NCBI GenBank assembly: GCA_051313645.2
Contig: JBNRSN020000002.1
Location: 100,316,001-100,380,000, forward strand
Length of the DNA stretch: 64,000 bases
Reading direction: 5' to 3'
Source of the DNA: Centroscyllium fabricii
Taxonomy: Eukaryota
The translations under genes and the position numbers were made by a program. The notes under the pieces were generated by a model, which saw only the letters and a program-made list of their open reading frames with translations, was not told where the DNA came from and made no database searches. Positions 51,129 to 63,900 of this stretch are shown here, one piece after another. Positions within the stretch are counted from its first letter, which is position 1, and every line of letters begins with the position of its first letter.

Positions 51129-53469
51129 GGGGCCCTTCACAATTCTCAACATTTTCACGAGCGTACAAACCGTACGCTGGGGGGGAGGGGGTCCGACTTG
51201 TCCGTACGCTTTTTTTCATCAATCAACATTTTTGGTGTACAGCTGCCATGGAAACACTCCATTGTGACATCACAATGGAGTGCAACCAATCGCAAAGCCC
51301 AAGTGGTTTGAGTGACAGGTGGACGATCGCGCTGGAAATCTTTCACAGTTTGGGACCGTCTCTCAATCCATCAGTCAAGGTAAGTTTTTTAAGTTTTTTC
51401 TCCACAGATGGCCCTCAGAAAAGTGACCAAGGCCACTGTGCTCCTGCTGGGTTTCACCAGCGGGGTTTCAGGATGTCGGGGTTTGGGTGGGAAAGGGTTT
51501 AAAATAGGTGAGGGCCCTTAAAATGAGATTATCCAGTCCAATCAAGGGCCCTCAATTACCTCAACGAGCATCCCCGCCGGCAGCGGGCGTGAAAGATTCG
51601 GGACGGCGGGACACGCAGCCCGAAACTTACAAGCCGCCGGCGATCCGGCGGGGGGGTCGGGACCACCCAGTTCCGCGATTTTTAGACCCCGCCCTACCGG
51701 AAAGCCGCCCTCACGAACCTGCAAAAGTTCCCCCCTGTGTCTCTCTCTACAGATGCTGTCTGACCTGCTGAGTGTTTCCAGCATTTTAAGTTCCTATTTC
51801 AGATTTCCAGCATCTGCAGTATTTTGCTTTTGTATTGGCAATTTGACCTTGGGGATACTTCACAACCAAGCCTGATACTGACCTCACCCAACATCCGAGC
51901 ACGTCCACCTTCCAACGGGAGTCACTGATAATGGTCAGAAGCAGGAACCCTGACTGATTTACACCCCCCACCCTCCCTAGCCTGGGGACTATGATGTAAA
52001 ATCCAACATCTGCACTGGGTGACAGCAAAGCACATCTGGAATGCGCTGCCTGAAAGGGCGGTGGAAGCAGATTCAATAATAACTTTCAAAAGGGAATTGG
52101 AGAAATACTTGAAGGATAAATCTCCTTGAAGGGCTGTGAGGAGAGAGCAGGGTGTTGGGACTAATTGGAGAGCTCTTTCAAAGAGCTGACACTGGCATGA
52201 TGGGCCGAATGGCCTCCTTCTGTGCTGTATCATAGGATAAAGCACATAATCCATTTGGACAGAAAACCATGGACTGTGCACATGCAATTTCCCAATATTT
52301 GATCCCCTACTGTCTCAAAGGCGAGGGTGCAATCCATTGAGCTAAGGTTAAGCTCTGTTGATTTAACAATGTTGTACAGGTTGAACTTCATTAATCCGGC
52401 ACGGGCGGGACTAGGCCTGTACCGGACAAGTAAAAATCCTGAACGATTGAAGTTTCGGCAAGCGCATGCGCAGCCCATTCAAAATGGCCACCGCGAAGGG
52501 CCGGCGGCCATTTTGAGTGGTCTGCGCATGCGCTGATTGTTCGGGGAGGCTCGCAGCGGCCAGACTCGGGGAGGCTTGCAGCGGCCAGGCTCGGGGAGGC
52601 TCACAGCAGCCAGGCTCAGGAAAGCTCGCAGCGGCCAGGCTCGGCTCGGGATTGGCTCGGCCATTGTGAATGATTTGCGCATGCGCTCGCCGTTCGGCGG
52701 CGCATGCGCAGATCATTCGCCGAAGCATCGATCGCGGTGGCCATTTTGTGCATGCGCAGGGCAGTCAGGGAAATTATTGCCGGACGTTCGAAGTTGCCAG
52801 TTTTTCGGGTGCCGGATTAACGAAGTTTAACCTGTAATACAAACGGAACTGCAGCAGCATCTCTGGAGACACCAGAACCCATCTTAGGCAGAAAGTGGCA
52901 CTGGTGGACAACATAAATGGGTGTCGCCAATGGTGTTGGATGGTTGTGGGTAGTCTGTGCTCCCAGTGTTGTGGCTTGTCCATCGCGGGTCTGACAGTTA
53001 GAGAACTGCGCCCACACCATTATAGAAAGGATAATGGAAAAAGGCGCAACATAGATTCCTTAGGATGATCCAAGGGAGAAGAGGATATAATTGCAATGGC
53101 AGATTTGAAAAGTCTACCCCAGTCCAACACCGGCACCTCCACATCTTGAAAAGTCTAGATCTGGAAAAAAAAGACTGAGCAGAATATAATAGAAATATTC
53201 CAAACTTAAGGAGAGTCATTGGGGAAAGATTATTTCCACTGCTTGGGTTTCCTCCGGGTACTCCGGTTTCCTCCCACCACCCAAAGACACGCTGGGGGGG
53301 GAGGGGGTCCGACTTGTCCGTACGCTTTTTTTCGTTATTAAAAATGTCGATTGAAATCCCGCCGTCAATCAACATTTTTTGGTGTACACTTCCAGGGGGG
53401 AGGGAGGGGGTAGCAAAAAAGAGTACTCTTTGTACACTTGTGAAAATGTTGAAAATTGTGAAGGGCCCC
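51129..53469. mobile_element. PIF/Harbinger-type composite element with ~2 kb of captured internal DNA
   Basis: ~41 bp TIR GGGGCCCTTCACAATT(C/T)TCAACATTTTCAC(G/A)AG(C/T)GTACAAA; TTA TSD at 51126 and 53470. Confidence 0.8.
52377..52834. mobile_element. pogo/Tigger-type MITE
   Basis: 26 bp TIR CAGGTT(G/A)AACTTC(A/G)TTAATCCGGCAC; TA TSD; internal ~29 bp tandem repeat. Confidence 0.85.
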
Positions 53470-54085
53470 TTAATTAGCCGAAGGATAGAATATAAGAGCA
53501 GGGAGGTTATGATGGAGCTGTACGAAACGTTAGTTAGGCCGCTGGAATACTGTGTGCAGTTCTGGTCACCAAACTATAGGAAGGATGTGATTGCTTTGGA
53601 GAGGGTGCAGAGGAGATTCACCAGGATGTTTCCTGGGCTGGAGCGCTTCAGCTATGAAGAGAGACTGGACAGGCTGGGGTTGATTTCCTTAGAGCAGAGA
53701 AGGCTGAGGGGGGGACCTAATTGAGGTGTACAAAATTATGAGGGGCATAGATAGGGTAGATAGAAATGAACTTTTCCCCCAAGTAGAGGGGTCAATAACC
53801 AGGGGGGGGCATAGTTTCAAGGTAAGCGGCAGGAGGTTTAGAGGAGATTTGAGGAAAAACATTTTCAACCAGAGGGTGGTTGGAATCTGGAACTCACTGC
53901 CTGAAAGGATGGTAGAGGCAGGAACCCTCACAACATTCAAGAAACATTTAGATGAGCACTTGAAGCGCCATAGCATACAAGGCTATGGACCAAGTGCTGG
54001 AAAATGGGATTAGAATAGACAGGGCTTGATGGCCGATGCGGACACAATGGGCCGAAGGGCCTCTTTCTGTGCTGTAAAACTCTAT

Positions 54086-55360
54086 GGGGTCAATTTTCCT
54101 GGAGCCGACAGGCGGCTTTTTGGCGGCCGGGGAGAGAAAATTGCAAAAACGGGAGGTCGCGACCCCTCCTGCCAGTTTCCCACCAGCTTGTCAGTTTCAG
54201 CCCGGCGGGTCTGATTGGCCCGCTTCAGTTCCAACCAGCATCGGCAGGGATGGTCGTCAGGCTCATTAGGGACACTTAATTGTCATGTATAATGCCATTT
54301 TAAGGGCCCCTTGCAATTTTCAGACTTTTCCCACGCAAACCCACCAGCTGGAAACCTCGCTGGTGAAACCTAACGGGGACACATTTGATTTGCTGACTTT
54401 CACCTTCAAGGCATTGAAGCACCTGTAGCAGAATGGCTTCCTGGCCTCCAGCATGCTGGAGGTCTAACTGTCTCCCTAGGGTGCCCAAGATTAGTGGGGG
54501 GAAAATCTTTCAAAAACTTACCTTCCAGCTGCTTTCTAGTGATGACAGATAGGCATTCCCTAGCTGTCAGGAGCCTGCCAGTGAAACAAACCACTTAGAG
54601 CTGTCAATCATCGACTTGCAGTTAGCCTCTATTGATAGTGGATTGTGACATCACAATGCACTGAAACAACAGAAAGAAACATACCAGACTAGTTAGAGCT
54701 GTCAATCATGGGCTCTGGTGGTTACACAGTGGGAACCCCGCTGGCTTTCAATCTTAAACCAATCAATTGGCAGGGGCTTCCCACACGTGGGGATTTAATT
54801 GGCCAATTGAGCTAAAATTGCATGGGGCTCCCACACCTGACCTCAACCCGCCCATTTCCACTTTTTACTCAGGTGGGACGGGGGGTAGGGGTGGGGGGTG
54901 GGGGGTGCAGGCAGCCAACTTGTTGCCAGGAGGTGGGTTGGCATTTTAAATATTATAATGAGGCCCAAAGCCGCTGTTTTAACCTGCTGTGCAGGTTTAA
55001 CTGCAGGTAGCCAAGAATCCTGCGGCTCAGCCTCGGGGAGCATTCCTTGTGGGCCGGGAGAAGCAGGAGTGCATTCTCCTGGCCCGCCAAGCTCCCCCAC
55101 CAGCAGCCAACCCCTCCCAGGGGTCGGGGATCAGAATCCACCAGGGATCGCGGCTCAGCCGTGGGGTTGGAGATCGGACCTCCCAGGATCCAAACCACCA
55201 CACCGCACCCTCCCCGTGCCCCCCGCCCCCACCAGAAGATGGGACCTACCCCAGGTTTGGACTATCCCCTCCACCTCACTTGGACCCAGCACCTACCTGG
55301 TCCTGCGGTGCCCTGATCAGCATTTCCTGCACGACTGGAAGCCATCCTGTTAATCAGGCT
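54086..55360 (+). mobile_element. Harbinger-like non-autonomous element related to family A (right end uncertain)
   Basis: Starts TAT|GGGGTCAATTTTCC; shares AATGCCATTTTAAGGGCCC and TGTGACATCACA blocks with family A. Confidence 0.5.
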
Positions 55361-56074
55361 GAATTCTGGGCAAAGAACCTGCCCACTACATCACACGCAC
55401 TCTCTGGAGGAAGAGGAGGAAGAAGGGCAAATTATGGTGTGGGTGAGAATGTGGGGACATGTACTGAAGCAGAGGGAGCTGGTGAATCTTCCCTCTCCTC
55501 TGTTTCATCTAGTGGAGAAAAAGAGGAAGAGCGTTTCCAATGGGTGGAGGACAAGCAGAGATGCCGTGAGTTGCAGAAGAAGAAGCAATAAGAATTTGCT
55601 GGCTAGACAGTTGGCTGTGCTCCAACAGCAGGAGGTGGAAAAGCAAAATGTTGCCATGTGATAGAAGACAGGCCACCCTTAAAGGGGCAGGCAGCAAATT
55701 TCTCAGAGCAGACTAGGAGGTCTCTAGATTGACACAAATGTTGTGAGGCAGTTCAAACTGTTTTTTAAACTCTAGGCTTGAGGAAGGAGGCGAGCCACAT
55801 TCAAACACACATATTGTGTGATTTATTCAGTTATGTGTATGATAGACAGTTGCTTTTGAATCTGGCTGTCAGTTATTAAAATCCACAACTGTTGGAAGAA
55901 TATATATGTGTCTGGTTAATCTGAGTTGGGCTGAGTGGAATTGAGTTGAAAGAATCTGCTTGGTACTTTCAAGAGTTAAGTCAAACTCGTTCAACTTCTG
56001 CAGTGGTGAGACATAAGAAAAGAATCGCCAAGCAAATAAAATACAAATTCAAAATACTGTAATGTTAATTTACT

Positions 56075-57243
56075 GAAAGTCCCGCATAAGAGATTAGCAT
56101 GCAAAGTTAAAGTATATGGGATTGGGGGTAAGGTAATAACTTGGATAGAGAACTAGTTGGCGGACGGAAAGCGGAGTTGGAATAAACGGGTCTTTTTCTG
56201 AGTGGCAGGCAGTGACTAGTGGGGTACCGCAGGGATCGGTGCTAGGACCCCAGTTATTCACAATATATAAATTAATGATCTAGATGAGGGAACTAGATGT
56301 AATATCTCCAACTTTGCAGATGACACAAAGCTGGCTGGGCATGTGTGCTGTGAGGAGGATGCAGAGAAACTCCAGTATGATTTGGACAGGTTGGGTGATT
56401 TGGCAGATGCGTGGCAGATGCAGTATAATGTGGATAAATGCGAGGTTATCCATTTTGGGGGCAAAAACAGGAAGGCAGATTATAATCTGAACGGAAATCG
56501 ATTGGGAAAAGGGTAAGTGCGATGAAACCTGGGTGTCCTTGTGCACCAGTCGCTGAAGGTAAGCATGCAGGTGCTGCACACGGTTAAGAAGGCAAATGTT
56601 ATGTTGGCCTTCATAGCGAGACGATTCGAGTACAGGAGCAAGGATGTCTTGCTGCAATTTTACAGGGCATTCGTGAGTCCACACCTTGAGTATTGTGTGC
56701 AGTTTTGGTCACCTTATGTGAGGAAGGATGTTCTTGCCACTGAGGGAGTGCAGTGAGGATTCACCAGACTGATATCTGGGATGGCAAGAATGACGTATGA
56801 AGAGAGATTGGGTCGATTGGGCTTGTATTCACTGGAGTTTAGAAGAATGAGAGGGGATCTCATTGAAACTTATAAAATTCTAACAGGACTAGACAGACTA
56901 GATGCAGCAAGGATGTTCCTGATGGTGGGGGAGTCCAGAATCAGGGGTCACAGACTAAGGATAAGAGGTAAGGCATTTAGGACTGAGATGAAGAGGAATT
57001 TCTTCACCCAGAGAATGGTGAACCTGTGGAATTCTCTACCATAGAAGACAGTTGAGGCCAATTCATTAAATATATTCAAGAAGGAGGTAGATATATTTCT
57101 TAAGGCTAAAGCGATCAAGGGATATGGGGAGAAGGCAGGGACAGGGTACTGAATTTGGATGATCAGCCATGATCTCATTAAATGGCGGAACAGGCTCGAG
57201 GGGCCGAATAGTCGGCTTCTGCTCCTATCTTCTTTGTTTCTAT
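56075..57243 (+). mobile_element. CR1 LINE RT and 3' end
   Basis: [43 protein letters not shown], with stops. Confidence 0.9.
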
Positions 57244-57249
57244 GGGGGG

Positions 57250-57513
57250 TGATGTAATAAAGACTTACCAAGCATTTAGTGAACATAAAGCAAGGCTTTA
57301 TTCAACTTGTAATGCAACATAAAGATAGTAAGCTAGTTCAGTCACTAGCCTCCAACTTCCAGAGTGTCTCAGTTCAACTGGTGGTTAAAACCCAGTATTT
57401 ATACTTCCTGGTCAGGTGCCCTCAGCTGGCCGACCAGTAACTGTTCCTGGGTTGGTTGGAATTCCAACCAATAACTCTTCCTAGAATTATTTAGGAAGTC
57501 GTATTTTATGACA
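57250..57513 (-). mobile_element. Solo LTR (264 bp)
   Basis: TG...CA termini; G6 on both sides; minus strand has TATAAATA then AATAAA. Confidence 0.65.
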
Positions 57514-58289
57514 GGGGGGAATTTCATGTCCCCGTGTGGCGGGGTTTTCAGCAGCTCCAATGGGAAAATAGTGCAACCAGTGGGTCGCGACCCCCCCCCC
57601 CCCCCCCGCCAGGTCCCTGCCACTTTATCATTTTCCCCCGGCCTGATTCCCCGCCACAAAACATTCCCGCCGCCGACCGGCGGGGCTGGGTTGTCACCTC
57701 GTAAGGGCCCTTAATTGGCATGTTTAACGCCATTTTCAGCTGTTTCCCTCTCTAACCCTGTCACCTTAAACCCCACTGGGTGAAACCCCGCAGGAGCACA
57801 GCGCTGGTCATTACTTTCTCCTTCAAGGTGTGAAGGACATGCTGCGAAATGCTTGGCATGCCTCCAGCACTTTAGAGGAGTAAGTTACTCCGTGGTGGCT
57901 GCACCAGCTTTGGGCAAAAACTGAGAAATCTCAGCTTTGCACCTTTCCTCACACCCGGTGCGTGCTGTCAAGGATTCGGAGACCGCCCGCCCACCTGTCA
58001 GTCACCAGCACTTAACCTTTCCCATTGGTTCCACTCGACTGTGATGTCACAGTGGAGTGTTTCCATGGGAACTGTCAACAACCAGTGCTGAAACTGTCAA
58101 TCAAGCTCCTCGCAGCCCCACTGCAGCCTGACTCGATTGAGTCAATTACCACCCGCTGCCGCCGCCGGGGATTTAACAACTCAATTAAATTAAAATTGTG
58201 TGGGTTTCCCAGGTCTTTGACCAGGCAGGACAGGAACCCGCCCAGACCAATCCCCGCTAGGTTCCCGCACTTCCGGCAAAATCCCCCCC
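57514..58289 (+). mobile_element. Harbinger-like MITE family A (original left end at 57244)
   Basis: Homologous to 23465-24233; TAT flanks. Confidence 0.8.
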
Positions 58290-58292
58290 TAT

Positions 58293-59122
58293 GGGGGGAG
58301 TTTTCATGTCCCCGTGAGGCGGGGTTTTCGGCGGCCGGGCCGGCAAAATAGCGGAACTGGCGGGCCCTGCCCCTCCCTGCCGGATCCCTGCCGCTTTCTC
58401 ATTTTCCCGCCCCCAGATTGCCCACCCCGAAACCTTCCCGCCGCCGACCGGTGGGGATGGGTTGTCACCTCGTTAAGGGCCATTAATTGCCATTTTTAAT
58501 GCCATTTTAAGGGCCCTCAGCCACTTTGCGCTGTTTTCCGCCCTAACCCCGCCACCTTAAACCCCGCTGGGTTTCACCCAGCGGGTGCACAACGCTGCTT
58601 ATAACCTTTGGACTATAACCTGGTGTTGTGTGAGTTCCTGAATTTATTACTTTCTCCTTTAAGGTCTGAAGGACATGCTGCCAAATGCTTGGCATGCCTC
58701 CAGCACCTTACAGGAGTAAGTAACTCCGTTCTGCCTTCAATATCAGCTGAGACCAGAAACTGAGCAATCTCAGTTCTCACAATGGCCTCTCAGCTGGTGC
58801 GAGCTGCGAGCGATTCGGATCCCGCCCGCCCACCTGTCAGGCACTTGGCCTTTCCTATTGGCTCCACTCCACTGTGATGTCACAGTGGAGTGTTGCCATG
58901 GGAACTGACAACAACCAGTGCTGGAACTGTCACTCAAAGTGCTCGCAGCTCCGCTGCAGTCTGACCCGATTCACCTAATTACCTGCCGCTGCCGCCGACG
59001 GGGATTTAATGTCCTCATTAACCTAAAAGTGCGTGGGCTTCCCAGCTGGTTGGGCGGGCGGGACCGGAAGCCACCCCGACCAATCCCCGCCAGGTTCCTG
59101 CCCTTCCAGAAAAATTCCCCCC
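58293..59122 (+). mobile_element. Harbinger-like MITE family A variant with a short Penelope-end insertion (~58600-58645)
   Basis: Homologous to the neighbour but diverged; TAT flanks. Confidence 0.8.
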
Positions 59123-60099
59123 TATGTTTCTATAGGGAGTGCAACCTTTTATTATTTTGCTTTCAAGGAGCTAAATACTGTAACTTTTACCGTGAATGTC
59201 GATGTGCTATATTGCAGTTATTTATCCATTTTTCATTCAATGCTTTTACTTGATTGTTTAAACTTAAAACAAGGCATGATATTGAGATATTCTACAAGTC
59301 TCCTGGTTGAGATTACCTAATTTAGAAATAGGTTTGAGTTCCCTTTTAAAATACATATCTGACTCCCTTTTCCCGTTGAAAGTGAAATCAGTGAGAGTGT
59401 AGAATTGCACCAGTTTGTGTGGTATGTTGCTCTTGTGCTTTGAATAACAGTGTTTTCACTTGTAAAATAAAGGAAAAGTCAGCATAGAAGGGAGTATGGA
59501 TCATAAAACATGACAATGTATGAGCAACACAAAAGGTAGCTTATTAATATAATATGTTTGGTTTCTATTCTGTGGAGATTAGAGCACAGTATGAGATCGT
59601 GTCTTAGGAACACTGCTTATTATCAAACATTGCTATGGTAACAGAAACATAATTAAGACCTTCTTCTACAGTGAACAGCTGTGAACACTTTGTCTGGCGT
59701 AAAAAAATAGCTTCAATTTATAGATATCTTCCTTTTCTGAGGGTATACTTAGATTATGCCCTAATTATTTTTCTACCAAACTACCTTAGCTAAAATAAAC
59801 TAGGGAAGGTTTGTTGGACAATATCTAAAAATTATTTACATGCAAAAGAATGAAACTCAGTGTAGATCATAAAATGTATCAACATGCGAGAAACAGCAGG
59901 TAGGGTAACACAGGCATTAGAAAGCCTACCTCCCAATCTCTTTATTATGGGCTTCAAGTCACAGAGCAGCCCGTCACTCAGCAGGACTTGGGAGTCACTA
60001 TCACTAGTTCTTGCACTGTGTCTGGTGAAATAATAAGAAGAAAAAGGATACATCTCAGTATCTGCTAGATGCAATATAAAGGGTATAAACAGAAATTAT

Positions 60100-60945
60100 G
60101 GGTGGGAAATTCGTGAGCGCATGTTTTCGGCGCTAAAATTGGCGCTGCGCTAAAAATTAGCGCCAGTGCTAAATTAACACGGAGGCGGCCGATATTGGCG
60201 ATAGCGCCATCGTTGCAGATTTCGGCGCTAATTTACGTCTTGCACGGCTTCCAGGCGGCCAATATCTTGCCGCTCATGGCCGTTCCCGGGTGCAGCGCTC
60301 CCTCACTAACTGCTTGCTTCCCCATGACCTCTGCAGCATCTTTTCCTTCCTGCTCTCTCATCAATTGGCCGATCGGAGGCTGCCCGACCCCCCTGCCCGC
60401 TCTCTGATCAGCTACCGATCGCGGGCCTCCCTCCTCGCACTCTGATCAGCTGCCGATCTCCCGACCCCAGTCCTCGCACTCTGTTCAGCTGCCGATCTCC
60501 CTCCCCCACTCCTCGCACTCTGATCAGCTGCCGATCGCGGACTCCCTCCCCGCACTCTGATCAATTGGCTGATCGGGATGCCTCCCCCTTCCCTTAGCAA
60601 CTGGCCAATCTCGGGCCGAAGAGGGAGGGTGGCCCTTTTAGCAGTGCTGCAGCGGCCACTCAAACCCACTGCAGCGCTTGCAAAAGCTGGCGCTGATAGC
60701 GTGGGGGGTGGTGGAAAGGCGCTAAACCCAATATCAGGAACAGCCCACCGGGCGGATGTTGCACACTCATTGTCACGACGATTGGTGATCGCCAAGCGGC
60801 GCTGCGCTAACGTTTAGCACCGGCGCGAAGCACAAGGCCAATTAAGCACAAGGCCAATTTAGCAGCCGGTGCTAATTCGGCGCCAGCCCATTAGCACCGA
60901 TTTTTGGCGCTAATGGGCCGGCGCTAAGCCACCAATTTCGCACCC
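60100..60945. mobile_element. Harbinger-like non-autonomous element (family B related) with internal ~38 bp tandem repeat
   Basis: TIR GGGTGGGAAATT / AATTTCGCACCC; repeat CTCCTCGCACTCTGATCAGCTGCCGATC at ~60390-60570. Confidence 0.75.
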
Positions 60946-63900
60946 AATGAATTGTATCTAAAAAGTGGGAAATAAGAGAATATTAATCAAACTGAAGTGA
61001 TGGTGCAGTGTACAATGATGTCATGATACCACATGAGATATGATGCCATGGACGTTCACAACACAGAAGAAGGCCATTCAGTCCATTATATCTGAGTAGC
61101 TTTTTCTGGAGCAATCTAAAATGAATCCCACTGTCCCACTGTCTCCCCATAGTCCTGTACCTCCCTCTGAATCAAATGTTTCTAAAGGATTTTTTTTAGT
61201 TTGGCAGTTTTTCAGTGACCTGTGGATGAAGTAGATGCAGTGGCTTTCAGGCTAAATATTCAGTTTGTTCTGACCTTCCTACATACAAAGTAATAGGCTG
61301 AACAATACAGCCCATGGTTTAAAAGCCATCATAGTTGGTTCGTGGCTGCCAGCTGTGCGTAACATGTTGGGCCCTCGTGAAGTGCCAGTGAAGTAATCAG
61401 AGCATCCACCTTCACAGGTCTCAGCCCATCTGAGCTTTTCATTTGTAGCATTATCTATTAAGACTTAGTCTTATTATAGAGTAGAAGGAGAAATGTTCCT
61501 TACCATATCAGGACAAAAAATGCAAAAGAAGTTTCATCAATATATGACAGCTTTAAAATGGGGCCATTTCTGATCATCAAAATCGCCCTAAAACAATTTA
61601 TTCCTGTAAATATTGGATCAATTGACACCAAAAATGTCTCTTGTACTTGTACCTCCCCCTTTCCCCCAACTCTCAATTTCACTCCAAATTATCAATTTGT
61701 ATAATTAATTAAGTATATTTATTGTGTTGCTATCTTAAATTATTTCAAACAAAATAACTTTTGAGCGCAGTATCCAGTCAGTGTCTAGTGATCGAATCAA
61801 TCTGTAGGATTGGCCATTCCTGCAGTCCGTCAGACACTGAGGTGAATCTTCATGTGTTTGTGACTTTCAAACTTCCAGACCTATTCCTATATTTTCCCAA
61901 CACTGGGTAAGACACTGTTTCTTTCCCCCAATGCATTATGTCCTTGTAATGCAAAAATCTTAGAGGCATAAGGGAACAGGCACTTTATTTAAATGGGAAT
62001 GTATTTACAGCACAGCATGCATTACTTCAATGTCCCTGTGTGCATCATATTGAGTTCTTTGCAAAAGCTCAATTTTTTTGACAGCTTACCCTGCGATTTT
62101 TTAAAAGCAAATGCTTGGCAGATCTGAAATGAGAATTGCAATTCAATTTTTTATTTGCGCATCTTTGCTATTTACTCATTAGAAATAAATAGTTTGGAGC
62201 TCATATCAAATCTCTAGCTATATTTTTGGCACATTACGTCATTTATAATATTTGATTTTTCTTTCCAGACTGATTCCTTATTGCTTATTATCAAAGCAAT
62301 TTCCATCCTGTAGGGCCATACACTGTCTGTACTTTATTCTGTCTCCAGAGTTCAAATCCACTTTGAAGTTGACAACCATAGCTCCAGGCAATGTACCAAA
62401 CTCCCAAAACTTTGAAAATATAAAAAATATTGAGCCAATAACATTTTACATAAAGATGAAACAAAATATCAGGGACATTATACAGAATTTAATTTCTTTT
62501 ATGGGTAATATAGATTCATGTGTCAGTCTTCAGGCCCTTGATTCTCTGTTTGAATGCAGCTTTCTTCACCCTTTGATACGTGGAGGAAAGAGATAGTCGC
62601 ATTAAAAGGTTTGTGTGTGTCGGGGTGCGGCGGGGGGAGGCGGTGGGAAGAGTAAGCTGACGTCTGATAAAGCAGACTGCTCCTTCCTATCCTGAAGAGC
62701 AGTTCTCGAAAGAAAAACAAACGCTGATTGTTTGACTTACAAGAATTATCTTTCCTTTCCTCACTTCCATAACTCTCGCGTTCATTCCTAGCGTCTCATG
62801 TTTTTGTGAGTTATAAGAAATAGCTGATTGAGACTCTTGTCATGTTTTGGAGGGTTAATAAATCATCTGTCTGCAGTGCCTTGTTAGTGTGTAAAGATGA
62901 ACGGCGTAGTGGTGTCTCGGATTCTTTATCATAGATTCAAGCAAATACAGAATGAAATTGCCCTTTGCTAATTTCAGCAAAAAAAAACACATATGTTAAA
63001 ATAAAGTATTGAAGTATCACTTTTACTCATGTCCACTTTTTCACGAGGCACAGGAGTTTTAGCCCTAATTATTTCCATGCAAGAGGACACACTAGATGTA
63101 TTGCATTGTGTGGACGTGGTTCAAAGTTAGCACAAAACTGGAGGAATGACCAGCAGGTGAGAATGCAAGCATATGTATGACCTAAGTGTTCTGGGCAGTA
63201 AGAGCCCAAACCATCGGACACAAGTGATGCCAGTTCTGAATTATCTAGGTTAACACAGAAGACAGAGTTACGTTTCCAAACGAAGGGCTGTAGGCGATAG
63301 TAGCCCTGCTAACGAATTGAGGCTGTCAGCAGACCTGCTGGTGGTGAGAGACTAAACTATGCAAAGAACAGATAGTAGATCAGGTTTGCTGAGTAGCTGA
63401 AACTTAGCGGCAACATCAAATGCTGCTTGGAAGGGAAGATGCTACACCTTCAAAAGTCTGCCTTCTCCCAAAGCTGGAGGGGGGAGGGGGGGGGGGGGAG
63501 TGAGATGGAGAGAGAAGGAAAAAAACTGCAGCAACATTATCGTGCAGAGTGATTATGGGTTCATATAGGTGAAAGGTTAAAGTGTATTATTGACCTAGTT
63601 AGTGGTAGGTTGATTAATTAACTGAGCTGCTCTAGCCACCTTTGTGCCTATAATCACTTGAACTCCAATTAAGAATGATGAGAATAAGGTTTTGTATGAT
63701 TCAGCTACAAATCTGTAGGTTTCTGGGGATGTTTTTAGTCACAACACAGCAGAGATGACAATTTTGATTAATAACGTTTATTTTTATTTTTAATTCTTTA
63801 CAAATCGCTCCTGTTTAAAATGCGCTCAGAATGCCAAACACGTGTGAAACATAATTAATTGCACAAGTGAAAAGAGCAGAACAAACAGAATTACGGGTTC

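Larger units (their letters stand above)
50380..54085 (+). mobile_element. CR1 LINE RT and 3' end (50380-51128 and 53470-54085), split by a composite insertion
   Basis: [41 protein letters not shown] | ISRRIEYKSREV..WNSLP. Confidence 0.9.

Noticed and set aside
62693-62713. CTGAAGA...GAAA as another hammerhead
   Set aside because: No convincing stem II or stem III
62898-62950. ATGAAC as the start of CELF exon 3
   Set aside because: Reads MNGVVV rather than MNRPIQVKP
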